A stretch of 63,997 nucleotides of DNA, the filler included, from Olpidium bornovanus S191 (Eukaryota > Fungi > Olpidiomycota): assembly GCA_017911155.1 (NCBI GenBank). It is 33 parts of 33 records of this genome, joined end to end, with 100 filler letters (N's around TTAATTAATTAA, not from the genome) between each part and the next. Parts side by side here need not be neighbours in the genome. Positions count along the whole stretch, not along the records: positions 59,970 to 62,895 come from JAEFCI010013175.1; positions 62,996 to 63,997 come from JAEFCI010005256.1; 31 more parts are not named here. One strand, 5' to 3'. Below, piece after piece: positions 59,972 to 63,997 of this stretch. Positions within the stretch are counted from its first letter, which is position 1, and each line of letters opens with the position of its first letter. Below the pieces are notes generated by a model, which saw only the letters and a program-made list of their open reading frames with translations, searched no databases and was not told where the DNA came from. The translations under genes and the position numbers were made by a program.

Positions 59972-62223
59972 ATGGAAGGCGAGCGAGACGCGGTCAACGC
60001 CTCCGCGGCGGAGCTGCAGTCGCAGCGAGCGGCGTTGGAGGAGAGGATTGCCGACTTTGAAGAAGAGCGAAAACGCTCGGAGGCGACGCGCAGAGAGCTC
60101 GAGGAGAACTTGCGGGCGACGGAGGAGAAGTTCAAAGTCGCGCAGGAGCGGTGCGGCGAGCTGCAAAAGGAGGTCGAATCTGCGCGGGTTGCCTCTCCTC
60201 GGACCGGCTCGGAAGATGTCGCGGGCCGGCTGCGCGCCGCAGAGCGGGAGAGGGACGGTATTCGGGAGGTGCTGGCGAAGCTCGACGGCCGTAACCGGGA
60301 CCTGCAGCGGGAGCTGGAGCGAGCGGAACGTCGGCTGCAGTCCCGCGGGCTGGACATCACGCCGTCACCGAGCGAGGACGGCGACGACGACCGGCGGCGG
60401 CAAATCCAGGCCATAGACGTGCTGGAGCGGAAGCTCGATCTCACGACCCGCGAGCGAGACGGGTACCGCGACCGGTGCTTCGTCCTTGAGGAGGAGAAGC
60501 TGGTGCTGGAAGGCGCGTTGGCGACGCTCGAGTCGGCGCGCGCGGACGGCGCCCGGGGGGCGGCCGCGGCGCGGCCCGAACGCGGCGCTTCGTCGCTCGG
60601 CGGGAGCGCGGCGGAAGAATTGCGGACCGCGCTCCGCGAGGCGGAGGCGGAGAGGGAAATGTGGCGCCGCAAGACGGAGGCGGCCCTGGCGGATCTCGAG
60701 GCCGCGCGCGAGAAAACGCAAGAGGCGGCGGCGCGGCGCGGCGCGCTGGAATCCGAGCTCGCCGAGGTCCGGGCGAAGTCCCCGGCAGGCCCGCAAGAAG
60801 CGCAGGAGCGGTCCGGACCTGGCGCGCGTCGTGCGGAGGAGGCGTTGGAGTCCGAAGTGGCGAAACTGCGGGCCCTGCTGGAGGAAAAGCAGGCGGCGGC
60901 GACGTCGGCGCAAGATCTGCTGGAATCGAAGTCGGCGGAGTTGCGCGGGCTGCAGCGGAAGTTTGACGAGCATCAGCTCGATCACTCGGCGTTCGCGTCG
61001 CAGGAGGCCGAAGTCGCGCGGCTCACGTCCGACCTCGGCGCTGCGAAGAGGGAAATGGAAGTGCTCAGGACCAACTTGTACGGCGCGGAGGTGTCGGTTA
61101 AGAAGGCCGCGGCCAGACACGAGGTAAGACTCGAAAGGGCGGGGCCGCCAACTTGAGGCGCAGACGCGCGGTGCGTTTTCTTTTTTTTTTTTTTTGTTTT
61201 TTTTTTTTGGCTCACGCCGTCGGTCGCCTGAAGGAGGCCGAGCAGCAGCTCGAGGAGTCGGAACGCGCGGCGGGCGCGCTCAAGGAGGAGGTCGACAGGC
61301 TCAGCGCGGCACTTGCGGCGGCCGAGTCTCGCGCCGCGCGCGCGGAGGAGATCGAGCGGCAATTCGGCAAGGCGAACGAGGCGCGGGACGCCGCGGGGTT
61401 GGAAGTGTCGCGGCTGGAGCGCGAACTGCGCGAGGCGGAGCGGGCGGCCACGTCGTCCGACACGGAGGACGGCTCCGACGCCGGCGCGTCGAGAGCGGCC
61501 GAGCTGGAGTCCCAGGTGACGAAGCTGAAGGCGCTGCTGGAGGAGGAGAGGGCGACGGCGGCGTCGGCGCGCGATGCTCTGATATCGCACTCGTCGGACC
61601 TCCTGAGCCTGAAGCAGACGCTGGAAGAGGAGGACCGCAAGCACTCGGAGGCCGCGGCGGCGCAGCAGGCGGAGATCGAACGGCTCGAGGCGGGCGTCGC
61701 GGCCGCGGCGCGGGAGGCCGAGGAACTCCGGGCCGACCGGTCCAAGGCGGAGGCCTTCCTCAAGAAGGCCTCGGACGGGCGGGAGGCCGAGTTCGAGGAG
61801 CGGCTCGCCGAGGTGGAGCGCAGCTACGCGGCGCAGATCTCGCAAATGGACGACCGCCTGGCGGAGGCCGAGCGGCGGCTGGAGGCCGCGGGCGCGGGCG
61901 CGGGCGCGGCGGCCGAGATGGCGGCGGAAGCCGAGAAGCTCCGGGAGGAGCTCGCGGTCGCCAAGACCCGGGCGGCCCAAGCCGAGGCGTCCGTCGAGCT
62001 CACCGCCAACGCCAAGGCGTCCGCCGAGGAGCGCGAGCGCAAGCTGGCGGCGCGGCTGCGCGAGGTCGAGGAGGAGTGCGAGGCCAAAATGAGCCGGGCC
62101 GCGGAGGAGTGCGAGGAGAGGGCGAAGCAGGCGGAGGAGAAGTGCCGCATCGCCGAGGAGGAGGCCGACAGGGTCCTGGCGAAGAACATGGACATGATGA
62201 TCCGGCTGGCGATGTACGAATGA
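59972..62223 (+). CDS. Long coiled-coil protein, C-terminal part; join(<59972..61123,61234..62223)
   Basis: Two long Glu/Ala/Arg-rich heptad frames joined in frame by a GTAAGA...AAG intron; ends KNMDMMIRLAMYE*. The acceptor position is tentative. Confidence 0.75.
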
Positions 62224-62312
62224 CCGGGGGGAAGGGGGAGAAGGTGGGGGGAGCCGGGGGCGCCCCGGAAAAATCGGTGAAAAGGTTAGGGCGAAAAAAA
62301 AAAAAGGAATTG

Positions 62313-62345
<33 letters not shown>

Positions 62346-62428
62346 AAGGGAGGAGGAAGGGGGAGAAAAGGACAAGAAGAGCGGATAAAGGAGAGAAAAA
62401 AAAAAAGGGATCCGCGGGGTGTTCCGGG

Positions 62429-62460
<32 letters not shown>

Positions 62461-62845
62461 CCCCCCCCTTTTCCCCCCCCCCCCCCCTTACCCCCCTGTT
62501 TTGTTTTCACTTCGGTTTTTTTTTTTTTACTTCACGCGCGCGCGCACGCACGCTCGCACCGTTGCGCGTATCCCCCCCCCCCGTCTTCCACCACCCCCGC
62601 TCTAACCCCGTCCATCTCGCACTCTAATATATCTTGCGCCCGCCACTCTGGCGGCACTACGTAAACCACCCTCGCACCTCCCCGCAGGCTCGTCCACCCC
62701 TCCCGCCTCCTCCGCGATCGCGCCACCCCACACCGCAAGCTTGCGGGCATCCTTTTCGTCTTGTTCTTTGTTTTTTTTCACCCTTACACGATCCTATTTG
62801 TACAGTAGAAATAATCCACCCACCCCGTCCGACGAAACATCCAAC

Positions 62846-62878
<33 letters not shown>

Positions 62879-62995
62879 GGCGCGCCCCCCGGGCCNNNNN
62901 NNNNNNNNNNNNNNNNNNNNNNNNNNNNNNNNNNNNNNNTTAATTAATTAANNNNNNNNNNNNNNNNNNNNNNNNNNNNNNNNNNNNNNNNNNNN

Positions 62996-63170
62996 GAAGA
63001 TATGTGTGGAACGGGCATCACTGACGCTGGTTGCGCCAGTCTGGCCACAGCCATGATTCCCGTCATCTGCCGTGGGGCGACACGATTTTCCTACCGCTTT
63101 AGAATATTTGCGGCACCTCCGTGATCACGGCGTGTAGTTCGATTGCATCCGAAGAAGCAAACGTGACCTG
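62996..63170 (+). pseudogene. Possible decayed leucine-rich-repeat fragment
   Basis: DMCGTGITDAGCASLA and, in another frame after a stop, NICGTSVITACSSIA resemble two RNI-like LRR units. Confidence 0.25.
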
Positions 63171-63474
63171 TCTGCTTAACTGGGCAAATCTGCCGAGCAT
63201 GGACATCATCGGCTTGGCAATATCACACTTACCAAGACGCTCATGAAGGCACGCTGCGAGACGACCGCCGACACGGGCCGGAAGCCACGTTACCGGAGTT
63301 TTTGGCCATTTTGTGTTGTGCGAGGCTTCATCGTTTCGACGCTTCTGCCGCTTGATTAATGGGGCGCTGTGCTTATAACCAAGGTTCTCGCGTGCCTTAC
63401 TTTCAAGTCAAGCGATAAGCGGTCTGACCGCCACCTCTATGCCGTGCCGACTTCGTTAATTGAACCCCCCCCCC

Positions 63475-63997
<523 letters not shown>

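Noticed and set aside
2095-62995. Regularly recurring TTAATTAATTAA between variable segments, superficially like a CRISPR array or dispersed repeat
   Set aside because: It is always centred in exactly 44+44 N, which marks a synthetic six-frame-stop linker. No cas genes or real repeat-spacer array are present.

Overview
This window is not contiguous DNA. It is 33 short contigs (about 1.0-3.4 kb) joined by 32 artificial 100-bp spacers (N44-TTAATTAATTAA-N44), so adjacency across spacers carries no biological meaning and ORFs ending in X...LIN are artefacts. The content is a GC-rich, intron-rich eukaryotic genome with GT-AG introns and long homopolymer tracts. Gene content looks fungal; an early-diverging or zoosporic fungus is inferred from a KIF9-like exon and a dynein-stalk-like domain. 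Recognisable host gene fragments: PhoD-like phosphatase, ZNFX1-like RZ-finger protein, CFEM protein, Iec3-like subunit, RPL17, INO80, threonine aldolase, mucin-like repeat protein, LMBRD2-like protein, ZIP9-like transporter, class 3 lipase, NRPS-like adenylation enzyme, tRNA-Asp(GTC), FHA/SLMAP-like protein and Rim15-like receiver domain. There are also Ty3/Gypsy and Tc1/IS630-like remnants. The most notable observations are (1) an intronless, decayed family-B DNA polymerase of large-DNA-virus type preceded by a probable D5 primase-helicase 3' end (candidate endogenous giant-virus fragment), (2) an F-box fused to a dynein microtubule-binding-domain-like region, (3) catalytic motifs encoded on 9-22 nt micro-exons, and (4) a strong excess of contig ends at CATG. 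All protein identifications come from motif recognition by eye, not database searches.
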